From positions 9,734,001 to 9,798,000 of the forward strand of contig OZ176053.1 of assembly GCA_964247055.1 (NCBI GenBank): a stretch of 64,000 bases of DNA, written 5' to 3'. How positions within the stretch are numbered: position 1 is the first letter of the stretch; every line of letters starts with the position of its first letter. This document shows, piece after piece, positions 1-14,200 of this stretch. The notes under the pieces were generated by a model. It had not been told where the DNA came from. It was given only the letters and a program-made list of their open reading frames with translations, and did no database searches. The translations under genes and the position numbers were made by a program. This stretch comes from Paragordius varius (lineage: Eukaryota; Animalia; Nematomorpha).

Positions 1-1640
1 AGTTCCGATTCCGGACCCAATTTTTTGGGAAAAAATTTCTTTTTCAATTTTTTCCGGTAAGTTATTCAATTGGCTCCACTTTTTATATTAAGGAAATATA
101 TTATTTACAATGTAAATAAAATGTCACAAAAATTCGAGCTTATATATATAACCTAAAAATTTGATAAATGCTGTCACGAAAAATATAATTAATAGAAATA
201 TAAAAAAATATTACAGTTTATTTTCTATCAAAATTAAGCCGTTAAATACGTTCCAATGTTTTATTTGACATACGAATTAAAGTGATTTTTTACAATCTGT
301 CCTCTTTCAAAACTTTTTTGTTTGAAGATGCGCTTAAATGCCAAATGCAAATTTCTGAGTTTGGCGATATCTTTCTTAAATTTAAAATTTCTTTGGGTTA
401 AAAAACTACCGCAAAGGGTAATTAAGTGTTAATCATTGGGATAGTTGTCTGAATTTCTGTTAAAATCAAATATTGTAAAAGCATATGGAATGTAGGTTGC
501 AATATTGAAAATATATTCAAGATTTAGATGAACCGTTTCAGAAATTGGAAATGCAGCCTAACAGTTTGAAAAAAAGATGTGTTTTTTATATAAATAAATT
601 ATAGGGTTTGATATATTTATATAATAGCATTTATAATTAACCATCAGCATATGCAAACCGTAATCAGAACTATTTGACACCAAAAATAATGAAATCGGCA
701 CCGAAGCCAATTTTTTTGGTAGAAAATCTTCGGAATTAAAACCAATTTTACATTAAACTGACTTAAGGTAACCCAATGTATATCCAAGTGTTGATAAATA
801 CTTTGTAAAATGTGTGTTTTCACCTAAATTTTTGACATTAGACTAATTTTCAAAAATATCATTTTCAAAAGCAGGATACTAAGCTCTTATATCGACTTTA
901 TCAAACTTATCGCAAAAACTTTGCGCTATATTGGATAAAAAATACTAAGCTTGTTTTAGTTTCCTTTTTAGATATTCAGAAATACTTGGAAAAAATTTGA
1001 CCAAAATGTGGTCAACCCTTTTAATAAATCATGTCCGATTATGTTGCCTCAATACCAATTTTAATGAAGAGCTAAAATTTCTAATTTAATTAAAGATAAA
1101 TTATTTTTTAACACACTTTGATATGTAGTAGATAATCAACCTTTTTTGAAAATTTATTACTGTTATATCTTGTGTTTTTTAATTGTTTGTTGATGTGTAT
1201 GTGAGTAAATTTAAAATATGACATACATTTATGCATTGAGTTAAATGGTTTAAGGCATAATGCAAAAAAATGATTTTCTTTTTAAAAAAATGATAAAGTA
1301 AAATAGATTTATGGGTGGCAAAATCCTTACGAGTCCTTATATGTATGCTGTATTAAACTAAACTCTCAGGTCATTTATGATATATATGTTATTAACATTT
1401 TTATCACGTATTTCAATTTTTAACAATTTATTTTGTCATTCATCACTAAAATATAATATCAAAGAGATGCTTTATTTTTTGCTATAAAAATGAAATAAAA
1501 TTTATAGATATATGTCACATTATATGATTAATTTTAAATGAGCCCCTTTTTGAAAAGAGTGTTTTGTTTCCTAACATAAAATAATTGCAAATATCAATTT
1601 TAACATGATATGTATGACAAATCATAATTTTAAAACAAGA

Positions 1641-1979
1641 ACCATTTACAATTTAAAATCACCCTTGATCAATTCAAATTCACTCTAAAATAAATTAGTG
1701 TTTTTTTGAGATCAAAAATTGCCTATATTTTTTTTATTTTTAAATAATAAAATTTGGTTTAAAATTAATCTGAAAAAATAATGAACTATGCCATAAGAAG
1801 AATATATTTCTTATTAAGAATGAGTTATATTAGCCCGAAAATAACTTATTTTTAGGGTGAATTGTTTGAGGGTGAATATGAATTGTCGAGGGTCAATTCG
1901 AATTGTTCAAGGGTGAATATTAATTGTTCGAGGGTCAATTTGAATTGTTAAAGGGTGAATTAGAATTGTAAATGGTATA
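1641..1979. mobile_element. Foldback-type MITE with 21-bp subrepeats in its TIRs (older copy)
   Basis: Begins ACCATTTACA (1641) and ends TGTAAATGGTATA (1979). Degenerate 21-bp units (consensus AGGGTGAATTTGAATTGTTCA) lie at ~1855-1970, with reverse-strand units at 1655-1690. The internal AT-rich part aligns by eye with the copy at 56217-56595. Confidence 0.75.
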
Positions 1980-3020
1980 TAAAATTTGAAAACGGTTCCA
2001 TGTTTATTTACCAAAAAGCTTGCATTTATATTACCCAACAATCGTTTTATAGTAAGCTATATTAATGGTTAAAAAACTTATCTGTAAGAATCATTTTGTT
2101 TCCGGGTTTCACCCAATTAAAGACTCCTACCATTAATATATTTTTTATCCTGACACTTCCACAAAAAAATATGTATAAATCTATTTTTTTGTAAAAATAA
2201 ATTATTCATTTTACATAATTTATGCATCATTTATTTTGTTTAATTTGTTGCAAAAAATATTAAAAATATAAAGTAGGATAGCTAAGGCCAGGTATACATA
2301 AATTATTAAAAAATTCACTATTTTAATACATGATATATATAATATATATAAGGAGTTTTGGTTGACATTGTACTAACTTGTTTAGTTTAGAGCTGATGAG
2401 CTAACTTCCTTTCAACACACCTTTTTGAGATTCGTTAAAATTATTTTTCTGTGTTATGTTTGTAGAAACAACAAATTACTTTTTTACATGTTAGTATATT
2501 TTATCATATATCTTTTACACAATATATTTATTTATATTAAGGTTCAAGAATTTATATTTTACATACCATATACAAATTAGTTATTAAAAAATGGATATTT
2601 TGACGTGATAACAATGAATATACAGTATGAGTAAGTATATATATTGCTAAAAAGTTATTAATTATTGCCAAATAGAATATGCAGCAAAAAGAATTACTAT
2701 TGGCTAATAATAGTAAAAAGTGAGAAAAAATTATTATATGTCGTATATGCTATTTGGCAATTATTAATAACTTTCTAGCAATGTAAACTTACTTATACTG
2801 AATAATAAGAAGTTAATTTTGTTTATTTAATTTGGAACAAACTTTGCATAAGGTACTGTATTAAATGATTAAACTACCCCATTTTAATTAATACAATACT
2901 ATTTTATGTTAATTAGAGTTATTTTATATATTTATTTTTTTGATCACAAATTGATAATAATGAATATTTTTTATTCCCATAATATTAATGAGATTTCTGA
3001 AAAATGTAAGTTTATAATAA

Positions 3021-3345
3021 AGTATCCAACATGCAGCCCAATTCGAAATATTCTGTACGGCCCGCAAAAAATTTGAAAAATTTCAAATAAATACAAAATG
3101 ATTTTTAAAGCTATGCTTATTGATTTTTAGTAAAATTGATGTTTCTTAAAGAAATTTTCTTAATAATCTCCCCAATGGAAAAAACTAGCGAAAATAAATA
3201 AAATAAATGGTAATTATATTGTTGCTTTTTTACAGTCTTATGTTTGAAATTTAATAAAATATTTATAAATAATATTTCTCAAATGTAGCCTGTCGATTTC
3301 TCGAGTTCGAAATGCGGCCCATGCCATTCGTGTTGGACGCCCCTG
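3021..3345. mobile_element. Degenerate hAT-like MITE
   Basis: The right end GTGTTGGACGCCCCTG resembles hAT/Charlie MITE termini (CAGGGGYGTCCAAC), with a GCGGCCC subterminal motif. The left end is decayed (GTATCCAACATGCAGCCC). Similar solo ends occur near 18435 and 29650-29690. Confidence 0.45.
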
Positions 3346-3404
3346 TTTTAAGCTAATCGAAAATGGATAAATTTGTTTACTTATATTTATTATTTATTTT
3401 TTAG

Positions 3405-6400
3405 AATTTTAAAGAACAATCAAATTACTTGGATATCGGAACGAGCTTTTGAGGGTCTTTACAACCTCAACAAACTGTAAATAATTTTTGACTATTTTTT
3501 CCCTAATGTACAAAGAAACTAAAATTTAATTGTATATGTATTATTGGAGAAGTTAGCCAGCATCATGATATTTATGGGATTAACGCAAAAATTAATTGGA
3601 AAAAAATAAAAAAAATGATTTGGGTTTATATGTAATGGGGGGATGAATGCCTTTTCTTTTTATGTAATGGTAATTGAATTTTTCCCTCTCTAATTTATTG
3701 GATTCCCCAAAATTAACATGGATTAAATGAACGAACATGTACTTTCAGTAAAGAATCGTTAAATTCTCTCGTTTTATAATTTTTATTTTTAACATTTTTC
3801 GAATACATAACAATTTTTGCATTGGCATAGTTGGTTAATTTTGTTAAAAATTCTTTTTTCATATAATTAATTTTGGGATATTTCATAACTTAAAGATATA
3901 TATATATGTGACCCATTCAAAACTATCTCATTTGTAGCCTTTTAAAAATTTAAGATTATTTATTCATACAGCTACAATCATTGTGAATGTACAGTAGCGT
4001 ATGGTGAAAAACAAAATATTGTTGATATTAAACATTTTTTACCCATACTTTAACAATAATTTTGTTTATTTAATTTTGACTAACTTTTTTTATACCATAC
4101 GTTACTGTATATATTGAATCTTTTCTTTGCTGATCTCCAAAGCACAATTTAAAATAAGAAAAACAAATTATTTATACCTGCTCACATACATGCATTTAAT
4201 TATTTCCTTCCACCAAATAAAAGATCTTTATAACGGGGAATAGCATTAGAGTTGCGAAATTAAATTCAAATACAATATACACATTAATGTTTGCCAATTG
4301 GCAATACAGTAGCATATGGGTAAAAACAACAAATGGTTGAAATTGCCATTTTTTTACTATATGGGCAAAATTTGTTTTCTATCATACGCTAAGGTATAAC
4401 CCAAAATGGCCAAATATAATGTGAATTGATCAACATTAATGTGATTACTGTATTTCATTTATTAAAATAATCTTTTGTTAACCAGACATTAGTCATATTT
4501 TTGCTTTTGAACGCAAAAAATCTTTTGATCTATTCATTTATGGTTGGGAAGAACGAAAAAACTGACCATATTTGCCTTTTCTTCTCAAATGTGGATGTAG
4601 ATGGCATGGTTTGCGCAAAAAATTATTTTTTCTCTTAAACAATATAAACCGAAAAAATAAGAATTTAGACAGTTTGTTTAGTGCCTAAAAATAATAGGAA
4701 ACTTCTTTTGGACCAGTAGATTTCACTGTGAGATGCTAAAATAAATGACATTTAACTCTCTTATGATGCGTTTTCTTTTCCAACAGTTATTGTCTTATAA
4801 AAATCTAATCCTCGTTTTAAGTTCCGTTTAAACATTTATAGATTCGTAGGTTTAAACTAAAAGAATAAACCACAATGGCTTATGTATGTCATATATTTTA
4901 GAGATCTATCAAGAAATCAATTATATGCAATCAATTCAAAGATGTTTTTGGGATTACCGAAATTGCAAAGATTGTAAGTTTTTGATATACAAAACTATAT
5001 TGAATTTTTTGGCAATAAATTAATTTTAAATTTAATCAAAAATTGATTGTTGTAAGTCGATTGGTTTTATACATAAATGTTTTAGCTTACCTGTTTTCAT
5101 TATTTCACTTTTAACACAAGTAAAGATGAATTAAATCTATAAATGTACTTTGGTTATATAAAAATAGAATTATAGCAATTCAAAAAATTAAGCTTTTATA
5201 TTATTTAATTACCAATGCAATTTTTTCATATATTTTTAAAATACTCATCATATTGGGCATGGTCTTCACATTAATTAAAAAAAATCATTTCAAACTTTTT
5301 CCACAAATATTTTCAATTTTTTATTAAATTGGTGAAATTAGGCATTTAAATACATATAATTTAAAAAATATAATTTCTTTTACACATACAGTACCCTGTT
5401 TTTTGTAGCCATAATTCCTATTTTTTGGATAATTGGCCATACAGTAGCGTATGGTTAAAAACAACAATTCAATATTTTTTGTTCATCTAAAAGAGGTGCA
5501 TATAAAAACTAGTTTTAAAAGGCGATTGCAGTAGAAATGCATGCGTTCATCTTTATAATTTTATGTATTATTAAATTAGATCATACCATTAAAAATATTT
5601 TTTCAATTCTTAATTTATAACAGTCGTCGATGTTGCAAACTTCTTATGATTTAATACCTAATTTACGATAAAAAATATTTTATTAGTTTATTTTATGTGT
5701 TAATACTTGTCTCATAACTCAAAGATTCCATTTTTTTATCCTATAAATTTATACATTTATTTTTGGTTCATATTATAGAAATTTGGCAGAAAATTCCTTT
5801 ATTTATGTCAAAGAAAGGACAGTAGAAGTTATGGCAGCCTTGCGTTGGATGTAATTTTCAATATAATCACTTATTTTATTATCATATGTTAATAAAAAAA
5901 ATAATATAAAAAAAGTGATTAACATTAGTTTCAAAAAATAATGTAAATACCTTTATATGATAATAAAATTGAAAAATATCAATCAACCCAAATAGGATAG
6001 TTTTTAAGTTGAAATTTTAGTGACTTATATGTTTTTACAGAAATCTCCCAAATCATCGCATGGTTTGTGATTGCAAACTCCGTTGGATTTTGACATGGAC
6101 GTTTAATTCTGTGCAAATGCCCAAAAATTTAGTTTGTGGACCCTTCATTAGGACGGTCGAGGGGAAAAGTATTAAACGCTTAAAAAAGAAGGAATTGAAA
6201 TGTGGTAAAAATTTTGATTCTTAACTCAAATAAAATAGATTTAGATATTTTATTATTACATTTAATGTTGCTTTTAGATTGGCCCATGAACCCGGACACA
6301 TTAGTTATGAATCCATCGCAAAATCAAATATTATTTGTACATGATACGTTTATAGTGACATGTACATACAGTATTATCATACCACTCATTGCCGAATTAT

Positions 6401-9400
6401 CTAGTTACAATGCCTCCTTTCCTCTGTACTTGAAGGAATTTCGGGAATATTTTACATCATTGGAATCATCAAATCTTACTAATGAATTCATTGAACAAAT
6501 AGTTCAGCTAGATTGGTTTCATACAAAATATTCACTTGATAAAACAGAATTAACCAATCTTCTATTAAATGGCACCTATTCCGATCTTTCCATCAGTACA
6601 CATTACAATTATATTTGGGAAAAATTTGGTGACATGTCCCTAACAATCAATTCAACCCTAATAATCCATAACTTAAAAGATGAATCAATTTATCAGTTCA
6701 ATATCAACAATAGTAAAAATAGCGCCATAAACGCATCTATCAGTCATCAAAACAACTTATTAAATGACCATAATGGTGTTTGGGGATGTAGAGCTCGTCA
6801 AAATTTCGCATATTCTCCCAATATCCTTGACATGTTTCAAAAATATGTTAAAAGTGTTAACAGTAAATCAACCCATATAATGTCTGATATCAATAACTCC
6901 ACACCACCTCTCAGTGTAAAAATTCTACCAATATTTACAACATCCCCATCATTGACAATGGAAGATTGGAGAAATGTGTCCAAACAAATACGCATAGATA
7001 TTTTGTCACCTAAAACGCGACAATGTCCATTAAATGTGACAGGGACGGAAAAGGGTTCTTTTGTGTGGCCTGTTAGTTTGCGTGACAGTACAGTACAAAT
7101 CATGTGTCCATACTCTTTGATACCAAATAACGCTTCCAACTTTAGAAGTTATCGTAGAGATTCTGATGCAGAAAATATCATTACTCACGCAATGTGGCTT
7201 AATTTGTTAAAATTACAAAATTATGATAACAATAGAAATGCAAATAATTTGACAATGACAAGGGATAACCTTGCCAATGCAGCCTGGGCCTTTCGACAGT
7301 GTCTAATAAATGGTACTTGGGCCAATGTAATTAATGATACACAATGTTCATATGCTTCACCCATAACTCGGGAATTGGATTTTCTTTTGAAAGTAACTAG
7401 TGTTTTTATAACATTTCTCTTGATAGTGTAGTGTAGACTAATGTTGGATATTATCCCAATTTTTGAAAAGGGTCATGTTTATAGGAATATAGGTTTTTAT
7501 GATAAGAGAGTGACTGTTTGGATTTCATATGAAGGAAGTCGTGATATGTGTTTAATCAGAATGGTTAAATTTGATATATATGTGCTCCTTTAATATAATA
7601 ACTTTGATGTAATAGTAGAATAGTCAATGTTGAAGATTATGTAAAGAAATTTTCATAGTTTCTATATAAAAAAACTTAAATTTGCGTTTGATTCTTTAAG
7701 ATTTTCTTGAAAACTCCTTTATATATAATTATTAGATTGATATAGCCATACCCACGTTTCATCAAATACTATCACGCATTCTCGTATTACTGGAAAAAAC
7801 AATGGTGAAAAAATCCAACAAATTTTTCAGACAACTTATCAACACACTCGATGTAATATTTATTGTAAATTTGTTGGAAAAATATTTGAGCCATATCGTC
7901 GAAACCAAATCCTCGTTGGATATTATGGTATGCATCTTGAAATAAAATTTTGTATTAAATAATACTATTATTAATAAATATAAATATGAACCAATATTTT
8001 AATTTTGATTCCATGATGTATATGCGAAAAACTAAAATCGATTACTAATCCCAAATTTTTTGAATCCTGAGTTATCAATATATTGTATCGTAATATTGGA
8101 TATTTATATTTTGCATTTTTTTCCATATTATAGCACGGAGAAACTGTTATTAATATTATCAATGCAATTTTTAACATGCCTTCTAAACTTTTATGGGATG
8201 CACAAATGCGAAGGGATTCAACCTCAAAGTAATGCTACATATGTATCAATTGAACTCATAATCTTAGCTTGTAATCAAATAAATTATACTGTTTTATAAT
8301 TTGCCATTTTTTATATGTAGCAAAAGACTGTATGTTTTTTTATACAATTAAATATCTCTAAATAAAAATGATTATTAAATGATAAATCTTCATAATATAT
8401 TTCGCTTTACATTAGGGACAAAAGAAAAGGTTAATTGAACATTGTAGCATAATTATTCATTAATATGTGAAAAAACCAAAGTTTAGGAATAATGTAATAC
8501 ATTATGTTACTATAAATGTAAATTTATGCTTCTATGCTAATTTTTAATTTATGGAACCGTAAAAACATTTTCATTTTATAATCCCAAACTAAAATCTATA
8601 AATTAAAAAAAAATTATTTATAACAACCGTAATGAATTGAAAAATAGAATTTTAGCTATATTGGATACTACGACATCTCTTCTGCTCCATCGCAAAGGCA
8701 GCAAAGAATTCACCATTGATACGGCTAATATAATTGTGCAAACTATACAAGTTAATCCAGTAAAATTCAACGGTCTCTCGTGCGTTTTACATCATGGGCA
8801 TAAAACGACTTCCCCTATTATTAAAACAATGAACCATATCAAACCGTTTTTATGGACGTCTACACCAAATTTGACAGCAACCTTCAAAGGTATCATTTTT
8901 TTAATATATTAAACAGCAGTACACCTCCTTCTTATAATGTGACCTTCGCTTTTAACTACTTGACATTATAATTAAATAGGATCATAGTGTTCGAATACAA
9001 CGGACTAGAGTTGTGTCTTTTCCCTCAAATTACCTAGTTGGGTTTTTTAGACATGATAATTACCAAAAACAATAAAAAAATATTTGATCAATTTCATAAA
9101 ATGGAAAAAATTTTACCTAAAAGTTACAGTTTTTATTGGTAAGAAACCATTTTCTGACAGTAATAGCAGTGGCTCCCAAAAGCGAGCGTAAAAAAATCTA
9201 AGGGGGGGGGGGGGGGGCGCGAAAAATTTGGAGAGTTTAATTAAAAAATAAAACTAGACACTAATTAAAGATTTCAAGTGCCAATTATCAAAATTTTTCA
9301 CCGATATGGAAAAAATATTTCAAAAAATGCAGATATAAGGATCTCATTGATTGGGATTTTATAAAATAATATATTTTACATTTTCTTGGATTTTCTGAGA

Positions 9401-11218
9401 GGAGGGGCGCATAAATGTTTATTTTCAATTTGGTGGGGCATGAATATAGGTTGGGAACCACTAATCTATAGGATGCATAATAAATGTTTTTTTTAAATTA
9501 GGGCGTAGCATATCCTTGTTTTACGTGGAAAAATATTGATAAAATAATACCCAAGGAATAATAAATTTATATTTTATATTTTGAAGCAGATCTAGATGAA
9601 GTGTATAGTTTGATGAATACATATTCCAATTCTACGCCATATAACTCCCGTGTTACCAATTTTTTGGAAAATCCCACAGTATCAAAGCATTCAATCGATT
9701 TTTTTGCCGAAAAATCTTATTTGAGATGCCTAGCATTACAACCCAAACATGGCCTTTTCAACGACGATATGTCAAATGACAACTCAAATATTAAAATAAA
9801 TAAGGTAAATAGATATTCAAAAATTATTAAATGATCAATAAAATAAGATCATCTGTGGCTGCATTATCAATCTTTTTATTACGGTTTGAAGTTGAAATAG
9901 AATCTAATCTCGCATAGATATGGGGTTTTCAGCGTCTAAAAAACTTTACGTCTAGATAACAGTATATAGTTTAGTGTGGTTAAATAAAAGCAGCATAATT
10001 ATATTTTTTTGGTTAAAGAATATGTGGTAAATGTTTGTTTTTCCCAATTTTTGGGGAATCAATAATTAGATAAAGATCGGCACAACAATATTATAATTAT
10101 ATTTTTCCCACTGGTGACCACTTTACGAAGAGCCAAGCTGCTTTTAATTTTCAAGAATTGTACGTAACATTTATATTTTTATTTATAAAAATTTAAATAA
10201 CATACTATTTATTTTAGCAAGCATTGATGTATTTCAATATACCTGCTATTACGATTTCTTCCGAAACGTCCCCGGATATCGTTCAAAATGACCAACCTAT
10301 TTCACCACCAAAACAAATGTCAGCCTTTAGTAATTTATTTTACAACCGAGGCAATCGAATACGCAATATACCCTCCAGATCTTTGACTATAAAAAATAGG
10401 AATTTCCTGCCGCTCAATCTAATAAAAAATGGCGTGAGAGCCAAAAATCTCATGATTAAAATTATAATAATTAAACGTCCTAACATGTTAAGTTACAATG
10501 CAAAATGGAGTGGAGAAAGACAAAAGATGACTGAATACATGGAAAGTGAGTATCCAAAGATGCCCTCATACTTACCACTTCATGCAAAATTTGAAGAAGA
10601 GAATTTGCGTTACAATCATTTAAAATTAACTTTCATCAAAAAATTAAACAAGATAAAACCGGTTTTAACTTCCCCAGTAGTGTCTATTTCTTTGGGTATA
10701 TTTAAAATTTGTTTCATAACGAATATTTGCAATAATTTTATGTAAAAAAATGTTGATTTTCTGAATATACATTGAAATATTTTATAAGAATTTATGTTTA
10801 ACAATTTACGTCATTCTAGCTACCGAAAAATGCGAAAATTAATACTTTATTAAACATAGTTTAAATTTGCTGATAATATCGCTAAAAATAATTATAAAAA
10901 ATATCTTTATTAAAAAGGATTAAATTATCTGAATATGTGTCTGCCAAAATTTTAAAGTTCGTTCTTAGAAATTAAAATTACTGGGTTATTTTAAAACATA
11001 TTCTGATAAAATATTTATGCATGCATGTCCTATTCTATATTCTTTCCAGAAAATTTTGATGAAGACACCGTTTCTTTTAATTTGACGACGCGTCCATTCG
11101 TAATTACGTTTGCTTGCTTGGGACCCACCATGAATGATAAACCATTGAATTTTGGTATTATAACGCATTACATTCCAACTCAAAAATATGCTTATTATTA
11201 TAGTTTATCAAAAAAATA

Positions 11219-11253
<35 letters not shown>

Positions 11254-14200
11254 CATTATACAGACGAAAATTATTGGTCGGATCAGGCATGTAAATTAAT
11301 CGACTACACCGATAAAATGTGCACTTTAAGTTGTCAAACTACCAAAAATATAGCCTTGTTACAGGTTAAATATGAAATCTTTTAAAATTGAATCGTATAA
11401 CACCCAATTTTTATATATAAAAATATTTAATTTGAAATCTTTGGTAATATATTAAAATTGATAATTGAATTGTTTTGATTATATTATAATTTTTTCATTT
11501 ATAGGATTCGACCCTGTTACTATACCATAATAATCAGTTTAAAAAATTGCTTGAACAATCAATATCGGTGACGGGTCATGCTGATCAAATTAAGGGCACT
11601 AAAACATCAAATCAATATAATATTGATGCAAACCAAAAATATCAAAACAGTAACATATCTTTCCCTTGGTATACTTATCTGGGCGGCGCTTTGCTGTTTT
11701 TGGCATTGACCCTTTTATCAGTTATCTACATCGCTTTGAATGGGTACTTTAAGACGCTTTTTCCTCTTTTGTTTTGATATCTTTTAATCGTTGTAATAAT
11801 TTGTAATTTTATATTATTTTTATTTTAGCACTTTATTGATCCATCACACTTTAATGCACTGTTACATAAATTTTTGGATCAATTTGGTCATTGGTCTCGT
11901 CCTTTATTTGTTTGGAATCGGGTTTTTCTTATTAAATGCGCATGGACTAAATCTTTTGGGTAATACTATAAATCCGATACTAAAATATGACAAAATAGCA
12001 TTGAATGTAAAATCATTGTTTCACTCCCAATCCACATCAAATATGGCAAAAAGCAATCCATTTACACATCATCTCGTGAAAAGCGATATAGATCATCAAA
12101 ATATAAAATCTGCTAATAAGAATTTAAACGAAATCATAGCAACCCTTTTTTGGATATCATCGCCAGTAACCATGTCTTGTCAGATTGTTGGAATTCTGTC
12201 CCATTTTTGTTCCCTGTGCATACTTATATGGATGACATTAATTACGAAGTTATTAAAATATTATATATTTCTTAATTGAGTAAACCATTTATGAAGAATG
12301 ATTATCAGCATAACTTATTAATTAACGTTCAGTTGTAATTAATTTTATAATTTCTAATATATATATTAGGTATAAAAGGTGGCAGGTAAATTTAAAAATA
12401 AAATTTACTAATATAGAGCAACGAAGTTTTAGATATAATATCGATATTATTATATGCTTTATAAGCGGGTGTAATCATAAGTTTTTACCGGTTTTTAAGT
12501 AAATACATTTTTGAATAAAGACAATTAATTTTATTTAAAATATTCTATATCGGCTTCTACACAGTTTGCCCATCTTTCAGGTATTATATGAGTGCCATTC
12601 AAATGCTGATTGTTTTTGCGGAAAACCATTCATCAAGCCATTTTCCAACGTCTTTAAAAGTGCTGTTCTGCGCGCGAGTTTTTTATTGATGCAAAAGACA
12701 ATAATCAGATAGCGTGGCATGAGACAGCGGATGCGGATGAATTTTCCTTAGAAGGATTTGAGGCGTCTCTTGATGGTTTATCTGTCTCGTATAGGTCATT
12801 TCATGGCAAAATCCCGTGTCTTCTATCCGACGGTCGTTTTCGATTATTGGATGGTTAATTAATTATTTGTTGATGATAGCGTTGTGTATTAACGGGTTCA
12901 CCGGGTTTCAAATGTTTATTCACAATATCTATTCTCACCATAACACAGAGCACTGTCTTCTTGCAAGCTATTTGGCATTGGTGATGGAATGGCTTGCCCA
13001 GGTAGAACCTCCTTGGACCACAAAATAAAGCCACTTCTCATCACCCACACAATCCGACGCAAAAATGATTTCTTTTCGTGACGTTGAGGCAAGATTTTAC
13101 AAGTCACTTTGCAATTTTTCATTACGTTTATTCGAATTGTTTGAGATCATTTACCGAATTTATTGGTTTTCCCATTACTCTTAGACATCTAATGATTGTT
13201 TTTTGCGATACATGTAATGCTTCTGCTAATTGTGAATCATCATCCAACAACTCTTGCAACTTAGCGCCCACACTCTTTCACATGAAGCATAAATATTTTG
13301 AAACTATGTTTCATATGTGTTATTAGATAGAACATGTCACCATAAATTTCTGCCAGCAAACGATAATGATCAACAGCATATCGCAATGCGTGCCGCAAAC
13401 GTTCTTTTTCAGCAAAAAGACATGATTATTGAAGGAATAACCTTTGGCTAACTTGTTTGTGTTTGTCGTTTAACGTCAGATGAACTTGGGGTTATCATAA
13501 TAATCGTCTGCGTACTTTCGCTGAAGTCTTCTTTTAGTTAAACCGGTAATAACTTATGACTACACCTAAATATTTATAATTACCTGCTTAAAGTAGAATA
13601 AAACAAACAACTTTTCATAATATATTTCAAAATTAAAAACACATTTTTAATTATTTTAAATTGCTCCCAGGCCGAATATTAAATTTTATTACAGACGAGA
13701 CTTTGGAAAAATAACTTTTTTTATTTAATGTTTTATTTGTATATAAATTTCGTTATTATCGATATCTGATACTTTAAAATTACAGAACAATTTATTCGAA
13801 TATTCAAAGTGTTCGTTTGTCCCATGGCTTTAATCCGTGTGTCCGCAAATACAATTCATATTACAATAATGCTGTGTCGATGCAGGAAGAATCAATATCT
13901 ACCCATGTTTCACAACATCCACAGCAATTGATACGAAGTGAGAATAAAGAACCAAAAGCTTTAAGTAGAACAAGCAGTAAAAGTCAAAATGAACCCATAA
14001 GATGTTCCAATCAATTATTTTATAGTGATCGAAACAACAACAATAACAACAATAATTGTATAACGAATGAACCATATATACAATGCTATACCACATCTCA
14101 TAGCATAAGGAATGGTTTACATGGCCCAATAAACCAAAATAAAGCCAATTTTCAAAAATATCAACATAATAATTTTAAATATGGACCAATAGCAAATGAT

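Noticed and set aside
6202-6277. N-terminus of the 409-aa ORF (MVKILIL...) as a signal peptide
   Set aside because: It is read-through of intron 6205-6277; the true frame joins the upstream LRRCT exon.
11188-11385. YIYIYI-containing ORFs
   Set aside because: They are translations of (TA)n microsatellites. Only the 11264-11364 GPS exon within this span is real.
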